Shown one piece after another: positions 38,236 to 47,830 of a DNA stretch of 64,000 nucleotides. Position numbers and translations under genes: made by a program. The first letter of the stretch is position 1, and each line of letters starts with the position of its first letter. The stretch covers positions 2,749-66,748 of the forward strand of contig JAFUAL010000052.1 of the NCBI GenBank assembly GCA_017460745.1. Reading direction: 5' to 3'. This DNA comes from Bacilli bacterium. GTDB lineage: Bacteria > Bacillota_I > Bacilli_A > RF39 > UBA660. The notes below the pieces were generated by a model. The model searched no databases and was not told the DNA's origin. It saw only the letters and a list, made by a program, of their open reading frames with translations.

Positions 38236-38523
38236 ATGATGCGTAATTATGAACTTATGTTTGTAGTAAGACCAACGTTAGAAGAAGAGGCAACAAATGC
38301 TGTTGTTGAAAACGTAAAGAAAATTCTTCTTGAACAAAAAGCAAGAATCGTTTCTGAAAAGAATATGGGAAGACGTGAACTTGCTTATGAAGTAAAAGGG
38401 TTCAAGAATGGAAGTTACTTCTTAATCACTGTAGAAGCAGAGCCTGCTGCAGTTAAAGAATTTGATCGTATTGCAAACATTAACGAAGATATTATTAGAC
38501 ATATCGTAGTTAAAGTAGATTAA
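38236..38523 (+). CDS. rpsF: 30S ribosomal protein S6
   Basis: MRNYELMFVVRP...EKNMGRRELAYEV. RBS AAAGGAGGTG precedes ATG 38236. The ORF-track start at 38164 is too far upstream. Confidence 0.95.
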   Translation: MMRNYELMFVVRPTLEEEATNAVVENVKKILLEQKARIVSEKNMGRRELAYEVKGFKNGSYFLITVEAEPAAVKEFDRIANINEDIIRHIVVKVD

Positions 38524-38533
38524 AGGAGTAAAA

Positions 38534-39028
38534 ATGAATAAAGTATTTTTAATAGGTAGACTTACTAGAGATCCTGATTTAAGATATGGGTCAAGTAATA
38601 ATGCTATAATGCGTGCTTCCCTTGCAGTTGATAGAACATTTACAAATCAAAGTGGTGAAAGAGAAGCAGATTTTGTTAGTATTGTTGCTTTTGGTAATCG
38701 TGCTGAAACAATGAAAAAATATTTAACAAAAGGAAGTCAAATTGCTGTAAGTGGAAGAATTCAAACTGGTTCTTATGATGATAAAGATGGTAAAAGAGTT
38801 TATACAACAGATGTTGTAATAGATGAATTTCAATTTTTAGATTCTAGAAATTCAAGACAGGGAGATATGCCTTCACAACCAGCAGATTCATCAAATTCTA
38901 GTCCTGAAAGTGGACTTACTCCATATGATTTTTCTGAGACTATGGATTCATCTAATAATGATGATATAGATCCATTTAAAGACTTTGGAGATAAAGTTGA
39001 AATAGATGATAGCGATTTACCTTTTTAG
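38534..39028 (+). CDS. ssb: single-stranded DNA-binding protein
   Basis: OB-fold N-terminus MNKVFLIGRLTRDPDLRY and an acidic C-terminal tip DDSDLPF. Confidence 0.95.
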   Translation: MNKVFLIGRLTRDPDLRYGSSNNAIMRASLAVDRTFTNQSGEREADFVSIVAFGNRAETMKKYLTKGSQIAVSGRIQTGSYDDKDGKRVYTTDVVIDEFQFLDSRNSRQGDMPSQPADSSNSSPESGLTPYDFSETMDSSNNDDIDPFKDFGDKVEIDDSDLPF

Positions 39029-39040
39029 AAGGAGGATAAA

Positions 39041-39262
39041 ATGGCAGAATTTTATAGAAAAAAGAAAAAAGTATGCTATATGTGTTCAACAGGAAAAGAT
39101 ATTAATTATAAAGATGTTGAAATACTTAAAAAATATATTAACGATAAGGGTAAAATCTTACCTCGTCGTGTAACAGGAGCATGTGCTAAACATCAAAGAT
39201 ATATTGCTGAACAAATCAAAAAAGCTCGTGCTATAGCATTACTTCCATATACAAATAAGTAA
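39041..39262 (+). CDS. rpsR: 30S ribosomal protein S18
   Basis: INYKDVEILKKYINDKGKILPRRVTG.CAKHQR..A..IK.AR..ALLPY. Confidence 0.95.
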   Translation: MAEFYRKKKKVCYMCSTGKDINYKDVEILKKYINDKGKILPRRVTGACAKHQRYIAEQIKKARAIALLPYTNK

Positions 39263-39267
39263 AATAT

Positions 39268-39304
39268 AAATTCTTTTAGTTTATACTATAAGAATTTTTT
39301 TATT
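39268..39304 (+). terminator. Rho-independent terminator of the rpsF-ssb-rpsR operon
   Basis: AAATTCTT / AAGAATTT stem with a 14-nt loop and a T7 run. Confidence 0.6.
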
Positions 39305-39369
39305 ATAAAAAATGCATTGCTAATACTTTAAAACTTAGTTATTAATTGAAACATACATAATTTTGTCAA

Positions 39370-39398
39370 TTTACAACTTATAATTTAGATGGTATAAT
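39370..39398 (+). promoter_or_regulatory. Sigma-A-type promoter of the rplI-dnaB operon
   Basis: TTTACA, a 17-nt spacer, then TATAAT with a TGG extension (TGnTATAAT). Confidence 0.5.
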
Positions 39399-39430
39399 AC
39401 ATATATATATTTATAAACAAGGAGGTTCAT

Positions 39431-39865
39431 ATGCAAGTTATATTTATAAAAGATTTAAAAGGTCAAGGCAAAAAGGGTGAAATTAAAGATGTAAGTGATG
39501 GCTATGCTATGAATTTTTTAATAAAACGTGGATATGCAATTAAGAAAACTGAAGGAAGTTTAAATAAATTAAATAAGGAAAATGAAAAGAATAAAGAAAT
39601 AGATTTAGAAAAGAGAAAAGAAGCTGAAGAATTAAAGACTAAATTAGAAAAAATTACTATTAATTTTAAAGTAAAAACAAGTAATGGTAAAATGTTTGGA
39701 AGTATTAGTACTAAACAAATTAAAGAAGAACTTAATAAATTAGGATATATTATTGATAAAAAACAAATAGAAAATCAGTTGATTAATACACTTGGGACTC
39801 ATATAGTAAAAGTTACACTTTATAAAGATATTGTTTGTAATTTGAAAGTTCATACAGAGGGGTAA
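39431..39865 (+). CDS. rplI: 50S ribosomal protein L9
   Basis: [31 protein letters not shown] is the characteristic L9 N-terminus. Confidence 0.93.
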   Translation: MQVIFIKDLKGQGKKGEIKDVSDGYAMNFLIKRGYAIKKTEGSLNKLNKENEKNKEIDLEKRKEAEELKTKLEKITINFKVKTSNGKMFGSISTKQIKEELNKLGYIIDKKQIENQLINTLGTHIVKVTLYKDIVCNLKVHTEG

Positions 39866-39867
39866 TC

Positions 39868-41226
39868 ATGATTAGAAATGTACCTAATAGCATAGAAGCT
39901 GAAAAGGCTGTATTAAATGCAATTTTTTTATCTAAAAATGCTCAGGATTTAGCATTTGAAAGTATAGATGAAAATGTATTTTATTATGATAATAATAAGA
40001 AAATATTTAATGCTTTAAAAAGTTTATATGATACAAATACTCCAATTGACATGACTACGATTACAACTGAACTTCGAAAAAAAGGATATCTTGATGAAAT
40101 AGGTGGAGTTATTTACTTAACGGAAGTTTTGACAACAGAGTCAACAGCTGCTAATATTAATTATTATTTAAAAATTGTTAATGATTATAGTTTACTTAGA
40201 CGTTTAATAGAAGTATCTAATGAAGTTAATCAGATGGGATATGATACAGATAAAGATGTATCTGAAACACTTGATGAATCGGAAAGAAAGATACTTAGTA
40301 TTGTTAAAGATAGAAGAGCAACAGAATTTAAATCTATTAAAGAAGTAGTTTACAATGTTCAAAAGAATTTACAAACACTTGCTGAAACTAAAGGAGATAT
40401 TACTGGTATTCCAACCGGTTGGATTGATTTTGATAAAATGACTTCAGGACTTCATGAAAATCAATTAATAATAATAGGTGCTCGTCCTGCTATGGGAAAA
40501 ACTGCATTTGCTCTTAATTTAGCAACAAATGTTGCCATTGGTTCTAGAAAAAGTGTTGCCGTTTTTAACTTAGAAATGGGTGCTGAACAACTTGCAAATA
40601 GAATGCTTTCTAGTCTTGGACAAATTGAAGGTTATAAGTTTATGAGTGGTAAACTTAATAATAATGATTATGTTAAATTCAATGAAGCATTAAGTCAACT
40701 TGAAGATACAAATTTATTTATAGATGATACTCCTGGTATAACAATAGGTGAGATTAGGTCTAAATGTCGAAGACTTAAAAGTTCATCATCAGGTCTTGAT
40801 TTGGTTATTATAGACTATTTGCAATTAGTATCAGGTGGCAAAAATTATGGAACTAATCGTCAACAAGAAGTATCTGATATTTCAAGATCTTTAAAGATGC
40901 TTGCTATGGAGTTAGAAATTCCTGTTATTGCTCTTTGTCAGTTATCTCGTTCAGTTGAAGCCCGTGAAGATAAGAGACCACTTATGAGTGATTTAAGGGA
41001 ATCAGGTTCAATCGAACAAGATGCTGATATTGTAGCCTTCTTATATCGTGATGATTATTATAATAAAGCAGCTAGAACTGATAATAATACCAGCATAAGT
41101 GAATTTATAATTGGAAAACATAGAAATGGTTCAACAGGAACAATTAATTTATTATTTAAAAGAGATATGAGTACATTTTTGAATTTTACCAATGAAGCAT
41201 CTGTAAGTGTGGAGGGAAGTGAATAA
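39868..41226 (+). CDS. dnaB: replicative DNA helicase
   Basis: PNSIEAEKAVLNAI, Walker A GARPAMGKTAFALN, IDYLQL, and LSRSVEAREDKRPLMSDLRESGSIEQDAD. Confidence 0.95.
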   Translation: MIRNVPNSIEAEKAVLNAIFLSKNAQDLAFESIDENVFYYDNNKKIFNALKSLYDTNTPIDMTTITTELRKKGYLDEIGGVIYLTEVLTTESTAANINYYLKIVNDYSLLRRLIEVSNEVNQMGYDTDKDVSETLDESERKILSIVKDRRATEFKSIKEVVYNVQKNLQTLAETKGDITGIPTGWIDFDKMTSGLHENQLIIIGARPAMGKTAFALNLATNVAIGSRKSVAVFNLEMGAEQLANRMLSSLGQIEGYKFMSGKLNNNDYVKFNEALSQLEDTNLFIDDTPGITIGEIRSKCRRLKSSSSGLDLVIIDYLQLVSGGKNYGTNRQQEVSDISRSLKMLAMELEIPVIALCQLSRSVEAREDKRPLMSDLRESGSIEQDADIVAFLYRDDYYNKAARTDNNTSISEFIIGKHRNGSTGTINLLFKRDMSTFLNFTNEASVSVEGSE

Positions 41227-41229
41227 AAA

Positions 41230-42906
41230 GTGGATAATAATTTTAATAATTTAGAAAATAATATTAATAACATACCTAATAATATGCCTAATAATACGAT
41301 TAATATTAATAATGATTTAACTGTAAATCAAACTAATGTAAATAATCAAGTCTTAAATAATAATATAGAGATTCCTAATTTAAATCCAAAACCTAAAAAT
41401 AGTATAAGTGTATCTACAATTTTTGGAATAGTTATAGCAATTTTTGTTAGTTTATTTATTACTTTCTTTAAAACAAATGATGTTTTTAGTAAAAATAAAA
41501 CTCCTATTGAAGCATATCAGGTATATTTAAAAGGAGAAAGCATTGGTCTTATTAAAAGTGATACTGAATTATATGATTATATTAACAAGATGCAAAAGGA
41601 ATTGATGGATAAATATAAAGTAGATAATGTTTATATTCCAAATGATATAAATGTATCTCGTGATATTACTTATGAAGAAAACATTACATCTGTTAGTAAT
41701 ATATATAATATGATAAATGAAAAAGAACCATTTACTATTAAAGGTTATAGAGTATTAGTTGATAAAACAAATGCAACTGGGTATTTAGGTGATACAGCCT
41801 CAAAAGAAGATAAAGAAAAAGAAGCTAAGAAAATTTATATTAATATATTGGATAAAGAAATATTTAATGCTAGTGCTAAGAAAGTTGTTTTATCATTTGT
41901 ATCTGAACAAGATTTTAATGATTATGAAAATGAAATAGAAAAAACAATATTGGATACAGGAGAAAAATTAGAAAATTTATATATCGATGCTAAAATAACT
42001 TTTACAGATGCATATATTCCAGTTAATGAGAAAATTTATACAACGGAAGATGAGTTAACCGAATATTTATTATTTGGAGAAAATCAGAATATGTCAACTT
42101 ATATAGTACAAGATGGTGATACCTTAGCAACGGTTGCTGAGGCCAATAAAATGAATGTTAATGAAGTATTAATAGCAAATTCTAATTTAGGCAGTAGCAA
42201 TGCATTATTATATTCTGGTCAAAAATTAACAGTTGGAGTTTTGGATCCAGTTTTTCAGACAGTAAAAGAAATACATAAAGTTGAAGATCAAACTGTGGCT
42301 TATAAAACTGAAATCATTTATGATAATACTCAATTAGTCGGTTATCAAGCAACACGTACTGAAGGAAGCAATGGAATTAATAGGGTTACTCAAAAGATAA
42401 AAGAAGTAAATGGAGAAATAGTAACCGCTTTAATTTCTAATACTGAAGAAATTAAACCAGTAGTTGATGAAGTTATTGTTAAAGGTGGGAAACAACCTGT
42501 TATTGTATCAGCTGGGAACTGGGGATGGCCAACCAATATTCCGTATATTATTTCAAGTAATTATGGATGGCGTTGGGGACGACTTCATAGTGGTGTTGAT
42601 ATTTCAGGAACAGGATATGGTTCACCTATATATGCGGCTAAAGATGGAGTGGTAACAGAGATTAAATATAGTGGAACTCTTGGAAATTATGTGGAAATAT
42701 CTCATGAAAATGGCTATTATACAAGATATTTACATATGGTAGCCTTATCAACTTATGTCAAGGTTGGTGATAGAGTTAAAATGGGTCAAACAATAGGAGA
42801 TATGGGATGTACTGGAACTTGCTATGGAACACATTTACATTTTGAAATATGGCAAGGTAAGCCATATGGTGGTGGCCAAAGTTATAACCCATTGTTGTTC
42901 TATTAA
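41230..42906 (+). CDS. membrane-anchored peptidoglycan hydrolase with LysM, G5 and M23 domains
   Basis: Asn-rich N-terminus and one TM. LysM domain (YIVQDGDTLATVAEANKMNVNEVLIANS). G5-like segment (KTEIIYDNTQLVGYQATRTEGSNGINRVTQKIKEVNGEIV). M23 motifs HSGVDISG and GTHLHFEI. The GTG start is uncertain. Confidence 0.85.
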   Translation: MDNNFNNLENNINNIPNNMPNNTININNDLTVNQTNVNNQVLNNNIEIPNLNPKPKNSISVSTIFGIVIAIFVSLFITFFKTNDVFSKNKTPIEAYQVYLKGESIGLIKSDTELYDYINKMQKELMDKYKVDNVYIPNDINVSRDITYEENITSVSNIYNMINEKEPFTIKGYRVLVDKTNATGYLGDTASKEDKEKEAKKIYINILDKEIFNASAKKVVLSFVSEQDFNDYENEIEKTILDTGEKLENLYIDAKITFTDAYIPVNEKIYTTEDELTEYLLFGENQNMSTYIVQDGDTLATVAEANKMNVNEVLIANSNLGSSNALLYSGQKLTVGVLDPVFQTVKEIHKVEDQTVAYKTEIIYDNTQLVGYQATRTEGSNGINRVTQKIKEVNGEIVTALISNTEEIKPVVDEVIVKGGKQPVIVSAGNWGWPTNIPYIISSNYGWRWGRLHSGVDISGTGYGSPIYAAKDGVVTEIKYSGTLGNYVEISHENGYYTRYLHMVALSTYVKVGDRVKMGQTIGDMGCTGTCYGTHLHFEIWQGKPYGGGQSYNPLLFY

Positions 42907-43655
42907 TGAAAGCAATTATTTTAGGAAGTGGTTCTAAAGGAAATTCTACATTATTAATCACAGATAATAAAAAAATTTTAATTGATGTAGGATTTTCTTA
43001 TCCTAAAACCAAAATGTTACTTGAAAATAATAAGTATTCTTTAGATGATATTGATTTTATATTAATTACTCATGAACATAAAGATCATATATCAGGACTT
43101 GCATCGATTGTCAAACACGCTAAAAAAAACGTTTATATTCCGAGTCCTATGTTTAAAGCAATTAACAAGATTGTTGATAGTGATTATATAGTAACAATTG
43201 ATGATGATAAATTTCAAATAGATGATGTTAGTATTAGATTTTTACATACCTCGCATGATGCTCTTTATCCAGTTGGCTTTTTAATTGAAGATACAAGATC
43301 TTTAGTTTATATGACAGATACTGGTTATATTAGTAAAAATAATTTAGAATATATGAAAGATAAAGACCTTTATATAATAGAAAGTAATCATGACCCAAAA
43401 ATGTTAATGAATGGTCCTTATCCATATGTTTTAAAACAAAGAGTTGTCTCTGATACAGGACATCTATCTAATGAAATGACAGGAAAATATTTAAAGAATT
43501 TAATAGGACGAAATACTAAAAAAATAATACTTGCTCATTTAAGTGAAACAAATAATTTAGAAGAGTTAGCTTTACAAACAGTAAATGATATAATTGAAAG
43601 TCGTGTAGAGGTCGAAGCAGCTAGACAAAATGAAAGTATGATGGTAGAAATATGA
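42906..43655 (+). CDS. MBL-fold metallo-hydrolase, YycJ/WalJ-like
   Basis: HEHKDH (HxHxDH) motif and a length of about 250 aa. It sits immediately upstream of rlmH, as yycJ does in Bacillus. A TAATG overlap links it to the preceding gene. Confidence 0.85.
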   Translation: MKAIILGSGSKGNSTLLITDNKKILIDVGFSYPKTKMLLENNKYSLDDIDFILITHEHKDHISGLASIVKHAKKNVYIPSPMFKAINKIVDSDYIVTIDDDKFQIDDVSIRFLHTSHDALYPVGFLIEDTRSLVYMTDTGYISKNNLEYMKDKDLYIIESNHDPKMLMNGPYPYVLKQRVVSDTGHLSNEMTGKYLKNLIGRNTKKIILAHLSETNNLEELALQTVNDIIESRVEVEAARQNESMMVEI

Positions 43656-44104
43656 TAAGAATAATATGTATTGGAAAAATAAAAGAAAAGTATTTAATAG
43701 ATGCTATAGAAGAGTATAAAAAAAGACTTAGTAAATATACTAAATTAGAAATATTAGAACTTCCAGATGTCTCTTATGATTTAAAGAAAACATTAGAAGT
43801 TGAGAAAGAAGAAATTTTAAAAAATATAAAATTAAGTGACTATAATATATTACTTGATATAGATGGAAGAGAGCTTACAAGTATTGAATTAGCAAATAGC
43901 ATAGATAAAATAAGAATAAATAATTCTAATATTAATTTTATTGTAGGTGGTTCATATGGAGTTCATGATGATATTAAAAGACTTGCAAATGATAGAATAT
44001 CATTTTCTAAATTAACATTTCCCCATCAATTATTTAGAGTAATTTTACTTGAACAAATATATAGAAGTTTTAAAATATTAAATAATGAAGAATATCATAA
44101 GTAA
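43652..44104 (+). CDS. rlmH: 23S rRNA (pseudouridine1915-N3)-methyltransferase
   Basis: SPOUT fold: IICIGKIKEKYL..AI.EY.KRL, FIVGGSYGV, and SFSKLTFPHQLFRVILLEQIYR. An ATGA overlap links it to the upstream gene. Confidence 0.9.
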   Translation: MIRIICIGKIKEKYLIDAIEEYKKRLSKYTKLEILELPDVSYDLKKTLEVEKEEILKNIKLSDYNILLDIDGRELTSIELANSIDKIRINNSNINFIVGGSYGVHDDIKRLANDRISFSKLTFPHQLFRVILLEQIYRSFKILNNEEYHK

Positions 44105-44228
44105 AGATATTCTTTTTCTTATAAAAAAGTATCATAAAAACAAATTTGATATAATTGGCTCGTATATATTTAATTGTGTTAGTCGCACTCATTTTACTAA
44201 AAATAAAGGTGAAATATAATACCAAAAT

Positions 44229-44909
44229 TTAGTTCGTATGGTTTATGTATTTAATAACACTGTCAGCAAGTATTTCCATAGCATCAATTAATATTTCATT
44301 ATTTAAATTATAAATTTTATTTAAGGCAGATAATTCAGTACAACCAAGTATTATTTTCTCAGAACCATTATTTTTTAAATCATTAATAACTTTATATAAT
44401 TCATTTAAATCAATTTCTTTATTACTTTTAATACCATCATAAATAATTGAGGAAACTATTTCTTGATCTTTATCGTCTGGTACTATAAGATCTATATTAT
44501 AAAGATCAAGTAATTCTTTATAAATATAACTTTTGATAGTTCCTTCTGTTGCTAACAAACCTATTTTTTTAATATTATTTTTATTTAAATATTTAACTGT
44601 TTCTTCCACTATATTAATAAAAGGAATATTGGTATTTTTAGTTATTTCTTTATAAAAATATGAAGCTGTGTTACAAGGCATTACAATTAAATTACACTCA
44701 AATAATTCAAGTTTTTTTACCATTTCAAGGATTTTAAATACAGGGTTATCTTTTTTGTTATTCAAAATGTAAGATGTTCTATCAGGTGTAGTTGGATCAT
44801 TTATTACAATTATTTCTACATTTTTATCATTTTTTAATCTTTCATTTAGCATTTCCATAAATTTTACAGTTGCAAGAGGACCAAGACCTCCAATAATACC
44901 TATTTTCAT
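44229..44909 (-). CDS. aspartate racemase (Asp/Glu racemase family)
   Basis: GIIGGLGPLAT, first catalytic Cys in VMPCNTASYF, and second in ILGCTELS. Length is 226 aa. Confidence 0.85.
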   Translation of the reverse strand: MKIGIIGGLGPLATVKFMEMLNERLKNDKNVEIIVINDPTTPDRTSYILNNKKDNPVFKILEMVKKLELFECNLIVMPCNTASYFYKEITKNTNIPFINIVEETVKYLNKNNIKKIGLLATEGTIKSYIYKELLDLYNIDLIVPDDKDQEIVSSIIYDGIKSNKEIDLNELYKVINDLKNNGSEKIILGCTELSALNKIYNLNNEILIDAMEILADSVIKYINHTN

Positions 44910-45247
44910 TATATTGATTCCTTTCCAGTAAGTTTTATTATTTTATAAATGAAAGAGTTATCTTGTAAATCAAAATAATTATTTAAAATTGGAATATTCG
45001 TGATTGTTTTCAAATAATTATAAACTTCTTGATTATTAAAAGTTAATATAAGATAATCTGTATTAATATTTTCTAATTTTTTTATAATGCTGTTTAATTT
45101 CTTTTTTTGTAATAAACTATTACTTATTATAATATTCATTTTTATATGTTCTTGATCAGTATTAGCTTTGGTACAAGAAATGATTTTATTTACAAATGCT
45201 GTGGATAAATTAAAATTAGTTCCCAGTATTCCTATTGTTTTGTTCAT
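44909..45247 (-). CDS. racemase-like half-domain protein lacking the catalytic cysteine
   Basis: The 112 aa align with the N-terminal lobe of the adjacent racemase (TIGILGTNFNLSTAF versus KIGIIGGLGPLATVK). The PCNTA motif is replaced by TFNNQ. Its TAA overlaps the racemase ATG (TAATG). Confidence 0.5.
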   Translation of the reverse strand: MNKTIGILGTNFNLSTAFVNKIISCTKANTDQEHIKMNIIISNSLLQKKKLNSIIKKLENINTDYLILTFNNQEVYNYLKTITNIPILNNYFDLQDNSFIYKIIKLTGKESI

Positions 45248-45255
45248 AATTCCTC

Positions 45256-46455
45256 CTACTTGTAATATAATTTATATTTTTTATTATAATCTATTTTTTT
45301 TAGTTCCATAAATCTTTTAAAAGTTAAATCCTTTTTATAATATAAAACATTTTTATATTTTCTTTTTTTATACATTTCTTTGATTTTCTTTTTTATATTT
45401 TCATTTTTTACATACTTTAAAACAATTTTTTTGGGAAGAAAAGTCCAAAGATATTCAGTATTTAAATATTCTATTTGTGTTTCTTTATGGTATATTACAT
45501 CATCTATTAAATATTTTGTTATATTCATACCACCAAGTGTTACAAAGGAATGACTCCTTCCTTGTCTAATATTGATTTCAAACAATTTATATTGTTTAGT
45601 TTTTGCATTATATTTTAAATCAAAATTAGCATATCCATGATAATTAATACTTTCTAAGAATTGTTTCATTTTATCAAATATTTTTTGATCATAAGTTGGA
45701 ATAATTGCGTCATAGTCTCCATAAGAAGATGGTGCTTTATCTTCTAAAACAATTTGTCCTAATGCCATAAATGTTACTTTATGGTTACTATTAACATAGG
45801 CGTTTAATACACGAAGTGCTGTATCATCACCTTCAATATATTCCTGAATAATAAGATTACTTTTATAACTTGAATTATAAATTCTATTTAGAATATCATC
45901 TAGTTCATCTTTTGAGTAAATTATAAATACTTTTTTCTTTCCCCAAAAAGAAGCTTTCCAATAAGAAACACTATCACTAGGTTTTAATATAATTGGAAAA
46001 TCAAAATTTAGTTTTAAAGTTTTATAATTATCTTTTGTACAAATTATAGTTTTAGGATAATCTAAATTATATTCGTTACAAGTTTTATAAAAGTTTTCTT
46101 TAATGATTAGTTTATTCATAAGACTAGAATTAATGTAAGGAACAATAAATTTTTTTTCCAATACTTCTTTATTTTCAACAATTAGTTTTACATATACATC
46201 ACTACAACCAATAAGAATTAATTTAGAATTTTTATATTTATCATAAATATTATTTAAAACTTTAAAAAATACGTCCTTATTTTCTATCTTTTCATCTTGA
46301 TAAAATTCTAATAATTTAGAATATCGTGTTTCTATATACCTTTTTTTACAAATTGCGATACTTTTGATATAATATTGTTCATAAAATCCAATTGCCATTC
46401 CATAAACATTTCGATCACTTCCAAATAAAATGGGTATAAATTCTTGTACTTCCAT
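45256..46455 (-). CDS. ATP-grasp carboxylate-amine ligase, D-aspartate-ligase (Asl)-like, paralogue 1
   Basis: ATP-grasp hallmarks FPIILKPSD, IIQEYIEGDD and LFEINIRQGRS. It is 399 aa and lies upstream of the racemase genes in the same orientation. Confidence 0.7.
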   Translation of the reverse strand: MEVQEFIPILFGSDRNVYGMAIGFYEQYYIKSIAICKKRYIETRYSKLLEFYQDEKIENKDVFFKVLNNIYDKYKNSKLILIGCSDVYVKLIVENKEVLEKKFIVPYINSSLMNKLIIKENFYKTCNEYNLDYPKTIICTKDNYKTLKLNFDFPIILKPSDSVSYWKASFWGKKKVFIIYSKDELDDILNRIYNSSYKSNLIIQEYIEGDDTALRVLNAYVNSNHKVTFMALGQIVLEDKAPSSYGDYDAIIPTYDQKIFDKMKQFLESINYHGYANFDLKYNAKTKQYKLFEINIRQGRSHSFVTLGGMNITKYLIDDVIYHKETQIEYLNTEYLWTFLPKKIVLKYVKNENIKKKIKEMYKKRKYKNVLYYKKDLTFKRFMELKKIDYNKKYKLYYK

Positions 46456-46570
46456 AATTACCTCTTATATCGATATTATAACATTTTAGTAAAAAAAAAT
46501 ATACCGATTTTATAATTTCTTGACTTAAATATGGGTATATTATATACTGAATATGAAAAATGGAGGAAGT

Positions 46571-47830
46571 ATGCAATTAGTAGAATTAAATGAATTAGAA
46601 TATAAAGAATTTACAAGTAAGAATAAAGCGCATTTTTTAGAATCTTATGAATGGGGAATTATATCTAAATATAGAGGCTATAAAGTATATTATTTAGGAT
46701 TAAAAGATAAAGAAGAAGTAAAAGCAAGTGCTTTAGTTTTAGAAAAAAAATTATTGTTTGGATATACATATTTTTATATACCTCGAAGTTTTACAATTAA
46801 TTATAAAGATAAAGAATTATTAATGGAAATGGTAAGTAAATTAAAAGAATTTGCTAAGTCTAAAAAGGTTATTTTTATAAGAATTGATCCAGCTATAAAA
46901 CTTCATACTATAGATGAAAATGCTAATGTTATAGATGGCGAAAATAACTATGATATTGTAGATAATTTGAAAAATGTTGGATTTAAACACTTAAAATTAA
47001 CAAAATATTTTGAAACTAATCAACCAAGATTTACTTTTAGAATACCTTTAAAAAATAGTTTAGAAGAAATAGAAAAAAGATATTCTTCTACTACGAAATC
47101 AAGAATAAAAAAAGCTATAAACTCTTGTGCATTTGTAGAAATAGGGAATAAAAATGATGTAAAAGAGTTTTCTAGACTTATGAAATTAACAGAGAAAAGA
47201 CAAGATTTTTATTCACATAATAGCGAATTTTTTGAAAAATTTTATGAAGTATTCAACAAGAATGATATGGTAACTTTATATTTAGGCAAAATTGATCTTT
47301 TAAAATTATCAGAAAAATTAGAAAAAGAAAAAGAAGTATTAGAAGAAGAATACAATGCTTTAAAAGATATTGATAGTAAAAAAAATAATAATAAAAGGAA
47401 AGAAATAGAGAAAAATTTAATTTCTATTAAAACTCAATTAGATAATTTAGAAAATAAGCCAAAGAAAACTATAGTTGTATCAAGTTATTTAATAGTAAAA
47501 TATAATGATATGGCATGGGCACTTTATGCAGCTAATGATATGAATTATAAAACATTATATGTAAATTATTTAGTTTATCAGACTCAAATAAAAGATTGCT
47601 TTGAAGAAGGAATAAAAGTTTTTGATGTTTTTGGAACTATAGGTGATCCAAATGGTAATAGTTCGCTTTTAGGCCTTCATGATTTTAAGAAAAAATGGGG
47701 TGGAGAATATACAGAGTTTATTGGAGAATTTGATTTAATTTTAAATAAATTTATGTATTTTATTTATACAAAATTAATACCAATATATCATAATATGGTG
47801 AATAAAAAATTAAAAAAGGAAGTGAAATAA
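46571..47830 (+). CDS. FemABX-family peptidoglycan aminoacyltransferase
   Basis: The N-terminus (LNELEYKEF...HFLESYEWG) and the central coiled-coil insertion (KIDLLKLSEKLEKEKEVLEEEYNALK) are typical of Fem proteins. The C-terminus reads LHDFKKKWGGEYTEFIGEFD. RBS GGAGGAAG precedes ATG 46571. Confidence 0.85.
   Translation: MQLVELNELEYKEFTSKNKAHFLESYEWGIISKYRGYKVYYLGLKDKEEVKASALVLEKKLLFGYTYFYIPRSFTINYKDKELLMEMVSKLKEFAKSKKVIFIRIDPAIKLHTIDENANVIDGENNYDIVDNLKNVGFKHLKLTKYFETNQPRFTFRIPLKNSLEEIEKRYSSTTKSRIKKAINSCAFVEIGNKNDVKEFSRLMKLTEKRQDFYSHNSEFFEKFYEVFNKNDMVTLYLGKIDLLKLSEKLEKEKEVLEEEYNALKDIDSKKNNNKRKEIEKNLISIKTQLDNLENKPKKTIVVSSYLIVKYNDMAWALYAANDMNYKTLYVNYLVYQTQIKDCFEEGIKVFDVFGTIGDPNGNSSLLGLHDFKKKWGGEYTEFIGEFDLILNKFMYFIYTKLIPIYHNMVNKKLKKEVK

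Noticed and set aside
44105-44228. The intergenic region between the convergent rlmH and racemase genes, checked for a tRNA, sRNA or small ORF.
   Set aside because: There is no cloverleaf-compatible sequence, and no ATG-initiated ORF follows the AAAGGTGA-like motif. It is probably only terminator and spacer sequence.
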